Assembly (NCBI GenBank): GCA_049999805.1
Contig: JBNGIO010006112.1
Location: 164,944-184,943 of the forward strand
Source of the DNA: Folioceros fuciformis
Lineage: Eukaryota
Length of the DNA: 20,000 nucleotides
Direction: 5' to 3'
The notes under the pieces were generated by a model that saw nothing but the letters and a program-made list of their open reading frames with translations, searched no databases and was not told the DNA's origin. How positions within the stretch are numbered: position 1 is the first letter of the stretch; each line of letters opens with the position of its first letter. Positions 18,811 through 20,000 of the stretch are shown one piece after another. The translations under genes were made by a program, and so were the position numbers.

Positions 18811-20000
18811 GACTTTGTCTTCTGAAAGTATAAGAAGGAGGGCTTAGAATGTTTGATTTGTTACTTGGTCAAGTTGACTTTCAGCTGATGGATTGTTGCA
18901 TACGTGTTCTGAAAACATTTTTACTAGGCTACTATAAGGTTCATCGTTAGTTTTTGCTACTAGCGCGCAAGTGGGGTGAGCAAGAATTGTTAGGTCAATT
19001 GTTTGAGGGCTCAATTTTACAAGGATGCATATAGGGCATGAGAGTTTGATGGACTTGGGTAAACCATCCAAATTGCTGGCCAAGGAAACGTATCACACCC
19101 TAACTCCCATCGGATTACAAGGTGTCCATGTCTTAGTTGTTTGTGTGTGTTACTGTTCTTTTCATTGCACATTGCACACCCTAAAGATAGGTGAGTACTT
19201 GTCTTTGTTGTTTGACATTTGAAGGTGTGCAACTTGTATTTTATACTTTAAGTGATTTATCATAGTAAATATATCTTCCGAGATAAATGCCTTATTGCTC
19301 GGAGTGTTTAGGATCAAATATAACTTAGATTTATTATGACAAGTATACACATGTTATCTTATGTTATTCATCCTAGAGCCTAGCATTGGCAAGCCTTGCA
19401 TGTCGACTAAATGGTGACACAATTCTTAGTGCAGCTATATTGCATATTCTTTGGGTTTATTGGACATGTGTTTTATTCAATGGTGGTAATGTTAACTTCT
19501 TACAACAAACTTTTGTGCCTCTCATCTTCAACTTGGTTGCTTCGCTCACAAAAGTTTTTACCAATGTAAGCCAATGGCTCTTAGGTTGAGATGTTCACTA
19601 TGAGGTAAGAGATCGGCTATTAAGCTCTCATGGTCGTTAGTATGCATTCCTCTAAAGGTTAAGATCATGATTTAGTATTTCTTTTAAACTTGCTTACCAA
19701 ATCCCAATGAATGGAATGGACTGTTGGTCGTTGTTGTGAAGGAGATGTGTAGGTTGTGCAACGCAGGTGCCCCCAACAAAAGTTTGCACACGTTTTATTA
19801 TTGCGAGTTTGCTCAAAGCATTTGGAGGGAGGTTAATACATGGTTGTGAAGGCTCTTCCCTAAAGCTAACCTCATGGTCATGTAACAAACTATGCTTTTT
19901 AGTTTAAATGGTGTATCAAGCAGACCACTATGATCCAAACGTAGTGGTGGGGCTTGTAGGGTTATTAAAGCCCAATGTGCCTAGACTAATGTGTTTAGTC

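Noticed and set aside
18890..20000. Faint Gypsy integrase-like (YKDAY...GKPS) and LINE C-terminal-like (LWVYW...FNG) words
   Set aside because: Too short and degenerate to support a call by eye; likely old retroelement debris.

Overview
Eukaryotic land-plant nuclear DNA containing two assembly gaps (10 N at 1141-1150, 100 N at 3857-3956). The PPR signatures point to a hornwort or similar early-diverging plant; this is an inference. 1-3.8 kb is transposon debris: a decayed L1-type LINE reverse transcriptase (-), a 27-bp minisatellite, the 3' end of a Ty1/Copia element (RNase H, PPT, LTR) and a ~1.06-kb internally deleted pogo-like DNA transposon with imperfect TIRs. Genes on the + strand are: an intronless 1053-aa PLS-class PPR RNA-editing factor with E1/E2 domains and a WW-type PG box (PGQSWWTD) that stops before the deaminase core; a divergent F-box/FBA-like gene; and a 5-exon MES11-like alpha/beta-hydrolase with an acylation-type N-terminus and Asn in place of the catalytic Ser. 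12.4-14.1 kb, which looks like an orphan ORF, is a set of decayed PPR-repeat fragments in both orientations. The right end holds tandem duplications, a short telomeric repeat and a probable receptor-kinase pseudogene. I found no prokaryote-type novel system. The most interesting items concern birth, truncation and decay of RNA-editing PPR genes.
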